A stretch of 64,000 nt of DNA from Perna viridis (taxonomy: Eukaryota): contig CM074511.1 in NCBI GenBank assembly GCA_037379345.1, positions 36,152,862 to 36,216,861 of the forward strand, in the 5' to 3' direction. The notes under the pieces are model-generated. The model searched no databases, was not told where the DNA came from, and saw only the letters and a program-made list of their open reading frames with translations. The position numbers and the translations under genes were made by a program. Below, one piece after another: positions 40,756-52,806 of the stretch; position 1 is the first letter of the stretch, and each line of letters opens with the position of its first letter.

Positions 40756-43614
40756 AACGAGTTCGCGCTTTTCTTCGTCGACGGTTATAACCCCACGCTT
40801 CAATCTATAGACTACACAATATTGAAAAACATATGTTATGTCTAGTGATTTATCATTGTTTCATAAATGCAATTTCTGACATAAGGGATCATACGCCAAA
40901 ATGTCTATCTGTTGTCTCTTTGTTTTGAATTCGTTGAGTAATTTGTCTGTTGCTCAAGTGAATGATGATCTGGTATGAATTAAGCCGAAACGAAAAGGTG
41001 GAACAATACCAAAGATCCGGTGGTGCAGAAATGTTGCGCGATGCTGTTAACGTATTTTGATCGATATATAAAATGATGGAGTATATTTCAGAATTCCGTC
41101 GACCGGGTACGTTTTTGTGAATAATACATTGATTGATTGATTGATACACCAACCGAGTTGTGAAAATGTCTGACCTTTCAATCACTAAATTGGAGAAACT
41201 TATTTGCCCACTTTCTATGCAAGCAATTGATATCTTTTTCACTTAAGATTCTAATATCTGAATTAATAGGTGATCAGTTGGATAGATTTTACCAAATAAT
41301 TTCACCAGTATGAAAAGTGTAATTTCTTATATTTTTGGGTTCTTGATCAAGTTTTGGTAACACTCATAAGTATATATTTCATATATTTGTTTCTCTCTAT
41401 TTGAAATGAAAATGCACAATTGGCAAATGTTCTAATTGAGATTTCAGTTGATACCAGCTCTTAGATGTGGATATATACTCTAGGAAGTCAGCAAAAGCAG
41501 AAAAGTGAAGTTGTTAAAAAACAAGTTTATTTTCACGTAATACAGCTACCCAATCTCCTCCACATACCTATAAGCACTTCCTGGTATACTATGTATCCCT
41601 CTGCTAATTTACAGTCTCTGATAATTTGAAAAAAAAAAATCACTGTGCTTGAGCACTACTGATTACAAATCCGCGCAGCTATTTTCGTTGTGCTGTACTA
41701 ATTTGAATAAAAAGGTGGTGTTAAATAGTTTGGTAAAGGTGTAAAGCTTTCAAATAACGATCGGATATACCTCTGTACCGGAAATCGACATCGACCATCG
41801 TATTTCTGTGCCGAGGAATAGAGACAAATGTACATGGACTTGAATTCGAGTTACGGAAGAGGTAAAAAAAATAAACACACGCAACAGATTCTTGTTTTTT
41901 TCTTATTTGTGATGTAATACTTTCTTATCTGTTTCAAAATCAAGTTATCTGAACTCTTGGTATTTGTTATAGTTTACATGTATCTGAGAGTGTAAGTTGT
42001 ACATTTCCCTTGTCTTTGCATCTGGTGGTTTCTCCTTTTAGAATCATTTTAACCAATGCATGAACGTTTCAAGGAACCAGACAAGTTGTTATCACAGTGA
42101 GATACTGCACCAGTGACATAGATACGAACAAGTCCAGACAAACCTAACATTTCTGATATCCCCATGCATGTGCATTTGCCATGCATTTTCTAATTATTCT
42201 TGTTAATTTATATAGAAGACATCTGCGAACGTAATCGATAATTCGATATCTTGTTCTTAGGAAGGTTGTGACTGTGTACAACATCTGCAACGTTATGTAA
42301 GTAATGGACTTTTTCGCCTTTTTACAACATTTTTCTCAAAAGTGCTCGAGACCGTAATCTGGAAAACCTTAAGCGATTACGCAAGACTTCGATATCAGTC
42401 TGGCCGCAATTTTTACAAACGATTGTGTGAAAATGTTTACATTGCTGCTATTCAACTTTTCATGGGTTTTTACAGTAATGAGAATTCTGTTTTTAAATTC
42501 TTTGGCTATCGTTGTTGAAATCTTACAAACGCGATATTTTACATAATTCATATTCCTACTTCACTTTAAAGCACATAAAAATAGAAAAACCACGTTCGAT
42601 AGGAATACAAATTTTCCAATATGGTTTGCAATTTAATTTTAATTTCAAGTGGCGACTATATATTTACAGTCAATGTTTCGTTAAATTTTAGAAGAATCCT
42701 CAATTCTGGGTGATCTATGAAGAACAGTCCTTGAAAAAGTTACGGCGTTGAAGTAAATCGTCAAGTAAGGTATCGGGTGATTCGAAGGACAACATCTGTG
42801 GACTTTTCTATCATTAGGACTAAACGCCTTACAAAATTAATTGCATAATGGTCTTTGAAGTACCATAGGGATATTTACTATCTAAGTCGAAACCAAACAG
42901 CGAGGCGTTGGTATAATTTTATCCAGTGGATTAAGTGATTCTTTCTTATTTGTTTTTATTCGCTTTACAATGAAACATCAATGCGGTGGGTCGTCATTAG
43001 TAGTACATTTAGATATTTAACTTGAAATTATTCAATGAATCGAGTAAATCTTGTTCTAAGTACAAACAATTGCTTAAAAAGGTGTTTGGTGTCAAATGGT
43101 TACGTTTAAAAAGCGTGATAAGTTCCTCATAACGTTACAGCACGAAATGTTTTTCATTCATAATAATTATGTGGTTAATGGCATTCCTCCGAGAATAAGG
43201 GTTAATGATGCAATCATAGCGAATACGTCTCAACGTGATTTGCCTACGATATGGAAAGAAATATCTGTTATGCCAGCATTCTGGCTTCCCGTAACAGGCT
43301 CTTGAGGTTACGCTGCTTGTTTGAATAGTACCATTGAAGTTTAGTTGTACTTTATCTTTAAATTGATGTTTCTGAAAAATATGTTGAGGCATGCTTAACT
43401 GGATTAAGCTTAGACGGTTCTAATTGGTTAATAACCAGGGTAAATCATCTCATTTGTTATGCTTTGAATCAATAGCTGAATCGATATAAAGTGTTGTATA
43501 GTAATGATAACAAGTATGGTTTCTTATTTTGTATGTGTGTTTTTATTTTGTAGTATCTCTATTTCCTAGTTTGTGTGACTGTCATTGAGATACAATTAAA
43601 TGAAATAACGACGA

Positions 43615-43725
43615 CAGTGGCGTGTTCAGGGGTTCGGGTTCCGGGTTTGAACCCTCATTTGTGAAGTTCGTGCAATTTTTTTTTGCAAATGAGCAACCCC
43701 TCATCAAATCTCTGGATTAGCCTTG
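43615..43725. mobile_element. Degenerate short MITE of the CAGGGGCGGATCCAG...CTGGATCCGCCCCTG type (related pieces at about 46561-46797 and 59197-59296)
   Basis: cagtggcgtgttcagg ... tctggattagccttg form imperfect inverted ends. Confidence 0.4.
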
Positions 43726-44832
43726 TACTGCAACTATTTCAATTTTACATTTGGCTAATGTATTTACATGTGCATAAATATATCTAGTCTTCTTAAGTCT
43801 ACTTGTATAACACCTAGACGGGCTTTGACATATTCTGTCTGGTATTTTTTCTCTAAAAAATATATATCCAGATATATGATTACGAAGCAAACAGGACAAG
43901 AAAGTGACATTAGGTAATGGAATTTGGGGGAAAAACACCTGCGATGTAGGCAATGTCTATGTCATCGCCAAAATGCCTTCAACGAGGTTTGTATGCAAAG
44001 TCTCAATACATGATATGCTTGATAAAAGCATGGTATGATAGAATTCCATTCCAGAACTATAACACATATGTACTTGTGAATGAATGGTAAAAAAGATCAC
44101 TTTATAATAATTTATCACCAAGTCACACTGACAAATGTGACATCCTATCTCGAAAGGCTGTGTAGAACATGCACGAATTACCATATTATATAACATTTTT
44201 CTAGTTTCTTGTCTATATTTTGTTCATATCGCATACCTTCGTAAAATCGGAAAATGCAATGCCAATCTACGCAACATAAATATTGGTTTGACTTTTAACC
44301 TTCTAGGATAATGAATCAAAACAATAGCAGACCTTGGGAGTGAAATTTGTCAATTTGGGTAGGCAGACTTAGGACAATTAATGACACGGGGATTACAGAA
44401 GGTGGTGATATCTGCATAATTCACCCCTATAACATAGGAATTAAAAGATTAAATTTCTTCTAATGCACTTGATATATAGTTTATTCATAGTAGAGGTACC
44501 AAAAATACCCTATCATTAATCATCTCTTGATTTATTAAGTAATGTTGATCCAATAAGAATTTCTTAATGGTGCGAACTCTTTAGATATGAACTAGATTTA
44601 GGTTACATCACCCGTACGTAGAAAAACCTGCCTAAACCGAACCCAGTAAAAACTGAATATTTTCATTGAAATATATAGTCAACCCTGTCTTTAGTGATCA
44701 AAATCGTAGTCGCATAAGGCAGGTGTTCTTCATTCTATATCGAAAGCACTATTTCAGGTGTTGTTGAATGCATGTAGTTGCTTCGACTGTATTTATAAAA
44801 TGCACGAACAGGTCATTACTTAGGAGTATATA

Positions 44833-45073
44833 TATAGAAGGGTCTGAAAAATTCCCAACGATGTGGACTTAGTGCAGGCGGTGTTGCCATAGATGTCACA
44901 GCGGTATGAGTTCGAGTCCCGCGGAGGGAACGACAAAAATTTGCTTCGCAAATTTGACAGTTCTAACATCGTTGGGAATTTTTCAGACCCTTCTATAAGT
45001 TTACGTTATCTTCCCTGTATCAATGTGATCCGATTGAGCAGTGTAGAGAATAGAGTCGTCACATTCTGAGACG

Positions 45074-45129
<56 letters not shown>
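44833..45129 (+). mobile_element. tRNA-related (SINE-like) element with a 32-bp inverted repeat, ending in (TA)n
   Basis: Inverted repeat 44833-44864 and 44966-44997; A-box-like TAGTGCAGGCGG and B-box GAGTTCGAGTCCC inside; (TA)n at 45075-45129. Confidence 0.65.
45075..45129. repeat. (TA)n microsatellite
   Basis: Seen directly; shorter (TA)n at 92-111. Confidence 0.95.
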
Positions 45130-45131
<2 letters not shown>

Positions 45132-47925
45132 CAAGTTTTCGGTTACCGAAGGACCAGAGGAGACAAGCTTCACCACATATTTGGTTATCATACGATACGA
45201 TCTATGGATTCAAAATAAAGTCGTTTTACGTCCTTCTGACAGAAAACTTACAAATAGACCCAAACACATTTACGTTTTCTTCTTATTTTAAGGTGTCAGG
45301 GCGAGGTTAAATGTCTACGAACTTTAGACTATGAACTTAATTCTAAGGTAACATAAATAAAGAGAAAATAACTATTCTGCTTTGATTTATTTCCAAGCAA
45401 ATTACAGCTATTTAAATCAAACGAGCGTTTCACGTTCAACATGTTGTATTATGATACCATATATTTATTTTCGCATTGTATTTGTATATTATAATTACTG
45501 TATTTTCAATTTGAATGTGTTGTAACTCTCATTTTCTACGTCTAGACTGATAGTTGTCTTTTTTTTAGCGTTGTATAATCGCATTTAAGAGAAATGTCGT
45601 TTCAAGAATTGGTGTACTCAGCTGGATTAGGGCTTTATATTCGAGACCGATAGAAATTCGAGACTAGACCTGAAAAATGGGCCAAATAAATAAACGCAAT
45701 GAAGATGAGTACCACAAGTAAAACGAAAAAAAAAAATAATAAAACGCTTAATACGAATCTTGTCTTGTATTCCCCTGATTCTACTTGAATGAACAACTCC
45801 ACTTTTGACAAATGGTAATAAACTAATGATATTGATCAAAATGAACTGTATCACAATTTGCCCATGTTTTATCATGTATAGGATGTCATTTGAGAATTAT
45901 TCTCTATATTAAAGCCACTTGTTACCAGTAGATAACTAATTTTCCATTTTTTCTCCAATATTAATCATGTCTTGATGCCACAATGGCGAGATCAAACAAT
46001 ATTAATAACTCAACACTGCTTTGATGTACAAAAGACTGGAATTATGCAGCCAGTCAAAACAAACATCCCCAACATCGAGCATACTTGCTAGAATGTTTAT
46101 TCTTTTGTCATAGTGCTTTTGATATTATTGAAAACATAACGTCTGTGTGTTTGCAAATATCTTTTGTGTCAATGAAAGCAGGACAAACAATTACATACAT
46201 TTTTAAACTATCAATTGTCAAACGCTTGCTATATTGTTTTGAATTTTATTGAAATATTCTTCGGGTTTCAAAGAACTTCAATCGTGCGTTGGATGACTTT
46301 ACAACATGACTCTAGGTTGAATTGTTTTGAAGGCTTATACAAAATCGATAACATCCCTAACCTCTGCCTTTTATCCCAAACATGATACTATTCAATACAC
46401 TCAGCTGGTAGTCAGATTTACTGAAAATTGTGTTAAAATCCTTTAAAACTTTGAAGATAACATGATCAAAACAATTTAAAGAAGAAGGTACCGGTATTGC
46501 ATCAATTGGGATTTATGTTGTAACAATGCATGCCAAATGATCGCAAAGGCTATATCCTATCAGGGGCGGACCAGAATCCAGAATGTTCAGGATTTGAAGT
46601 TAAGAGAGAGCATTCGAGAGCTTTTCCTTTTAATTGTTTGCCCTACTAAACGAAAGCTTACATGTTTTAGTAATATGATGTGTTATAAAAACCGACCTGT
46701 GCATTGCTTTCCCTGTTTTATTTACTATTTTAACGCATGCCTTGTAAAATTTAGAGAAGGAACACGTCTGCCACGCCTCAGTCAAAATCCACCCTTGCTT
46801 ATGTACTTGCAAAGACATGTCATTAACATTAAGACATGCTTGTCTTCACCGGACTTGACCTTTGAAATAAAAATCATGCCGGTTGTATTAACAGAAGAGG
46901 GAACTGTACGCCTTTGTGAGAAATGAGTTAGACCCTGTTTTTCGTTAGGTTCGTTTTGTTTGGTTTTCTGGGAATATTTGTGCTGAGCCGCTTGTTCGTC
47001 TGTTGTCCTAAAAATGTTCAAGACATTTTTTCCACGGATCTGTCCTTGTTGGAATAATCTGTATATCTACTCACTTTTCGTCATCAGGTATCTTGGGCTC
47101 CGTTGAAAGTTCTTCGTTGAAAGTTGCCGAATATATGTGTACATTTTAACATTCTAAGTACTCGATGAATTGAATATTTGTTGAATACAATCTAGTTTCG
47201 AACATGTGGTTTTAAAATTCGCGGTCCAAGAATGCGGTATATATAATTTCAATAAATGGCTATCCCAAATTTGTATTTTTGAAGCTTTTAATTTACTATA
47301 GATGAGCACGTCAGAAGAGTAATTAGATATTTTATTTTATTGAATACATGAAATATATACCAAATTTAATCGGTGAACCATCTTATAATTGAAACTGAGC
47401 AAAGAAAGAAATCAATGACATTTGCCTCAAAGGACATTTAAAAACATCGTAAGAATGTGACATATATCTAAGTTCAGTTTTTTTAAAACTATATTGCTAA
47501 ATTGTACCTATAACATTTCCATTTAGAGAAGACTCTTGACCAATCACCAGTTTTAATACAACTTACGATTGTATATAAACTTGTATTTATCAAACGGGCG
47601 TAATACATCGTGTAGTTACTGCAATGTAAAATGAAAATGAATTAAAAAATAGAAGTACAAAAATATTTACCTGTAGGTATTTTTATGAACATCTAGGTGT
47701 CTTAATTATAACTATGATAAGGTCTGATGTGTGTCTCTCTTCATTTGACCACTGACATAATTGATGGTTAGTATCAAAACGCCCCCACGTCTTTCGATGT
47801 AATTACGCTTCGTTGAGGTAGATTTGTTAGAGCAAACCCAGACATTATTTTCGTGTGCACGATCCTCTGCAAGGATTTTACTTCTTTTTTCTTAGAAAAT
47901 TTCTTTTTTGTTTACCGAATTATCT

Positions 47926-47955
47926 GTGTGTGTATGTGTGTGTGTGTGTGTGTGT
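47926..47955. repeat. (TG)n microsatellite
   Basis: Seen directly, with one interruption. Confidence 0.9.
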
Positions 47956-49849
47956 TGGTTGGTGCTTTTCTAAAGAGACCGATTAAATTTGGAATGGTCG
48001 TTTTAGAAGACAACGAGTAAGGTATACCACAATATTCGTCCTTGTCCTTACCTGCTCATTTTCTCAGTCCTCTTTGTGCTGCGGTGCATATAAATCCAAT
48101 ACATATCTCAAATGAGCCATGCTACTATTGTGATTGTTACAATCTGTTAGGGTAAAATTTTTAAAATCCGTCGGCGAGATTGGACCCATATATTTTTTTT
48201 TTCAAAGTATTGATGACATGTTTGAATCTTTAATTGAAAAACATGAATGACAAGATTTGCCATTGAGACCTGATGACAAATGTTAGAATAATATCGTATT
48301 TAACTTAGTCGAGTTCGGTCATCTCGATTATCTTATGTCGGTCCTATCAATGTTGGATCCCAAAGGGCAATATGCACATTCTTCCGCCATTAATCTTGAC
48401 ATTTCTGTCAGAATTCCTGTCAAATGAGGTCTCTTACAGCACGATATCTTTCGGTAGTGTCAATAATTTGAGGAGAATTATGTCAGAGGTTTAGATAAAA
48501 ATCTTTTGATAACGGGCAGTGTCATGCAATTCATGGATTTGTCAATTGGTTTTTATAATATAAATGACAACACCGCGCGGGGTGCACAACTCTACGACAT
48601 ACTTGGTCAAATATTTATTGATTGACAATGGGGTATCTTATTTACTTAAAAGATATTTTATTGTATAAAGAATGAAGTATTCTCTTCATGAGTAGCAACT
48701 TACTTGTAGGAAACCATCTTAAACAATATGTATTTAGAACACCCAAGGTTGACGGTGACTGTTGTCTTTTTCCTGTTTTCTTTTATACTACTCAACCAAT
48801 CGAATCGGGTTATGTCGAATAAGTTTTTTTTTGTAAACATTACTAAAACCGGTATTGTTGTGTTATAGCTTTGTCTTGTGAACATTCAAAGTTGTCGTGT
48901 TACCAATCTTGAACACGTAAAAAAAAAAAAAAAAAAACACCAACAATTTCTCGTGTTACATTTAGAATCTTGCTTAAATTAATCATGCATACTAAACACG
49001 AACTGAAACTTTTTCAAATTTAATTTCGACTACTAATTTTTAAACAGACAATTGTGCGATATCCATCCTGTTGATGTTGCGATCTGGTAGGTTGCTGAAG
49101 ACGAGAATACCCAAAGTATTATTATCAGTTTGGTGAATGATGGCGGTTTACTTACACTCGGTTTGCTACTTTTTGCTACTTAGTACATGATATTTGGTCA
49201 TAAATCGGCCATTCCGAATGACACAAGAAAAATTGTATTGAAATTTGACACTATTTGTGATGAATTACGATTTGAAAGACTTTCTAGTGTCTTCGTTTTT
49301 TTCATGTCACTCGATACTCGTGAAACGGAAAATAAGATATATCATGTCCTATTTTTCTTCCGAATGAATGAAACCGATTTGATGCCCAGAGAAGAAAAAT
49401 AAAACGATATGATTGTTCGTTGACAGATACTTTTAAACTATCATTTAAAAGTTGTATAAATTTTCGACACGTACATATAAAGAACATTTTTGCCAAGTTT
49501 CATTGTAATCAAAGGTGTATGGCACAGTTTGTGTAAGATAATTTTGGGAAAGGGCAGATCTCATTTTGAGGTGAAGTAACAATTGGACAATTTACGTTCT
49601 TTGAAATGATAAATAAATCCTTACCTGTATATGTGAATGACATATTCGAGATTCTTGTATGTACTTGCAAATATATTTTTTTCAAAATTCTTCTCAAGTT
49701 TTTGAGGCTTTATATGAATAGTGTTGCACTTTATTTTCAAAAGTACCTGTTAGTATTTCTATAATACAACTATTAAAAAAGTCACTGTTCTACAAATGGC
49801 GTTTGTGACAATAAATTCTATTTATGAGCTTTGATAAAGTATTGCTTCT

Positions 49850-50494
49850 GCCAGCACTCCACAGTATTGTAGAACTGCCTAATTTTGGTCTTGTAATCTG
49901 ATGCTTTGTAACATTTATCACTTTAAAAAATTGTCAAGCATCTGTAAATCTATATATCTAGAAATAGCTCAAGCCAAGGCCATCAGGATGCAGTAAAAAT
50001 TTTCTGGAAAAAAATTACCCACAGCATATAGGGTTACCATAGAAACCATGTAAAAATATGCGAAAATTTGCAAAAAAGTTCATAAAATCGGGTTTGAAAA
50101 TATCAAATTTCCCGCAAAATATCTGAAATTTTTATTTCAATCCCTGAAACTGTTTAAACTTTTCCGTTCAAAAACCCCTTCCTCATATGGGCATCGCCGG
50201 TTAGATTTTGAGCTATTTCACTTTGTAATCCACTTATTAAATTTAGCATGGTAAAAAATTGACTTACTTTCACTTTCACAATGAAGTCAAATTGTCATTG
50301 AAAAAAAGCCCCTTCAACATTGAAAATATATAAAACATTGCAAAATACTTTTAAAAGTCCCCTTTTTTCAGAAAATGTTTTATCAACAATAGATTCTTCA
50401 TTTTTAATCACTATAGCAACCACCGGTTTCCATTTATGTCATTTTTCATCCCTAGCCAAAAGTGCGAAACTAAACTAAACTGTGGAGTGCTGGC
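49850..50494. mobile_element. 645-bp non-autonomous TIR element
   Basis: Perfect 16-bp TIR GCCAGCACTCCACAGT / ACTGTGGAGTGCTGGC; no ORF; TSD not clean. Confidence 0.75.
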
Positions 50495-51229
50495 TTAAAC
50501 AGAATGCAATATTAAATATTGTAATTTTCTAGTTATTTCTTGAAAGCTTACCTTCTTACGAGTAAAATGATACCAAATTTATCATAATTGGACAATTGAT
50601 AACAATTTTAGAGGCATTCTCATACTAGGCTATCTCCTCGTCATTAGTGGAGAACTTTCCTTACACCTAAGTGCAGATATGCATTTCACTGTTTTGCTAT
50701 AATCATCTTTTAAATGAAAATTTCCACTTAAAACATACAAAATCACAATCCATATGTACTTATAAACCCTAAATTTGGGGTTTTGTAAGCTTTTAACACA
50801 GGTTTTATGCCAAAATAGTGCATTTGAAGCTCATCACATGAAAAATCACAGAAATCTGAATGAACTGAAAACCAAATACTAAAAAGTCCACTCCATGTCT
50901 AAGGTAATTAAACCTTTGCTTATTGTGCACTTAAAAGTTGCCCGGTTAACTATTTTACATGTAACCTGCGCAAATATTTAGCTTTTAAAAATATATTTCA
51001 TTCTTTGTGATGGCAAGAGCCATATTCACACATGAATCAGTTCAATGATTGTTTTGTTAACTTTGCAAAAAATCTGCATACTTGGTTGCTAGGGACTTAT
51101 TAGCTAACAACAACATAGGTCCATACAATAAGTTACACTGTTTTAACCCTTGTATCAAAGCATAGCATAAAAACACTAGTTTCTAAGATGTAAAGCAATG
51201 TTTTAAATGTGTAGGGGTATAGGCAGCTC

Positions 51230-51430
51230 CCTTGATGAACACTCCAGATGCTGTTGTATAACCATGTATTGCGCAAGTACGCAATAAGCTGTTGTAGTTG
51301 TGGTGATTTATCTAAATTCATTGTCTAATTGGTAAAATTAAATATTTTTTTTGGGGGGACGGAACGACTTTTAAAATGAGGCCGGATCGACTTGGGGCCG
51401 GAACGACTTGGGGACGGAACGACTGGAAAA
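51230..51430 (-). mobile_element. Mutator-like (MULE) transposon remnant
   Basis: Minus-strand peptide QLQQLIAYLRNTWLYNSIWSV resembles the MULE transposase L..Y...TW....W motif. It lies next to four ~15-bp repeats ggg(a/c)cggaacgact typical of a terminal region. Confidence 0.55.
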
Positions 51431-52806
51431 TATTTAAACGACGGTAGGTGTCAATGAAGTCGTTGAAAATATTTTTATTCAAATTTTAACAGTATGTTAT
51501 TTATGTGACGCCGAGTATAGTGAGTCTGCAAGGACGTTATGTTGTGGTATTGGACGTCGCTTCGAACGTCGGAAGTGGGAACATACAATGACGTTACTTT
51601 CATCTACCGTAACGACGGTTCAGCGCCATCATGAAAGCGGTAACGTTAATATTGGCAAACCTATGTTTGCTTATGTTGAGACCAATTAATGATGACTCAA
51701 CTTATGGTATGAGGTGAGTTTTTGGTTGCTTTTAACAAAAAAGAGTTGAACTTTTCATATCTACATCAAGACGAAATGTCAAACGCGTAGTTCCTTTAAT
51801 TGCTTTATCGTTAACTTTTCGTTATTTTTTTTACTGTTTAAGAACGTCTTAACCTTCGTATTACTTTGTTTTACCGTCAAATGGGTAAGGCAAAATTTAC
51901 TGAACTTACATCTTGTCTCCATTTACAAATTACAAAACTTTCAGAATGACAATGTTAGACATATAAAATTAAGGGCTATATAATTTTCTGACCAAGCACA
52001 ACATGGTAAGGTATTACAAATTATAAATAATAGTTGTTTTACGATATGATACTTGGTTATAAATGAATGATTTCGCCCTAATGTCAATGTTGGTCATCAA
52101 TATTTTTTCGTGTCTTTTGACTTTTTAATTATTTTGAAGAAGTGTCATCGTTCTGTTACCGTGTATTTTATTACCTTTGTTGTCGGGCCTTTTAGAGCTT
52201 ACTTGAAGGTGTGTTTACACTTTTTGAAGATATTTGGTTGATCTCAGTATTTTCTGTTTTAAAAAGGGTTATACGATGGTGCAGTTGTTGCGTTTCACCA
52301 TACCTGTTCCTTTTTCACTTGAGTGAATGTATTGGAAAGGAGTTATACCTATAACAATGATTTTGGTATTATTCTATTCGAACTAGCTGTATTCGTGTAA
52401 TTGTTTTTTTTCTTTCAGAAATGGCATTTGCAAAAAGTGTGTTCAAGATGGTCTTGCAGCAAGTTTCCAGAGAAGTTTAAATTTGCCAAGTGTGCTCGTT
52501 TTAAAGCAATGAATGGTTGGCTATTTTTAAAATTTAAATTTGAGAAGGCTGTATGATTTATTACCCATGACTTGCAATGGTGCCAGTAGTAATATTTATA
52601 TTATGAGGAAAGAAAAATTATCTGCCTAATATGCTATATGCTGCAATATGTTGGATTAAACCAAAGCAAAGGCTAGGTATACCTTAGTCGAAACACATTT
52701 TTAAACGGAACAAAAAAAAAACTGCATGTAATTGCTTTCATTAATCTGCAGAATTAAGCCTATAATTACCAAATTAAAGAGAAGTTTTCCTTTTACATTA
52801 CAGCGC

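Noticed and set aside
40889-41242. 117-aa minus-strand ORF
   Set aside because: No recognisable domain or splice context.
41770-42000. Possible plus-strand first exon (CCGGAAAT, donor-like sites at 41862 and 41992)
   Set aside because: No ORF or downstream exon chain could be assembled.
44870-44925. tRNA gene
   Set aside because: A B-box is present but no acceptor stem or cloverleaf; treated as SINE-derived.
51355-51430. Short direct repeats superficially like a CRISPR array
   Set aside because: Eukaryotic context, no spacers and no cas genes; better explained as transposon terminal repeats.
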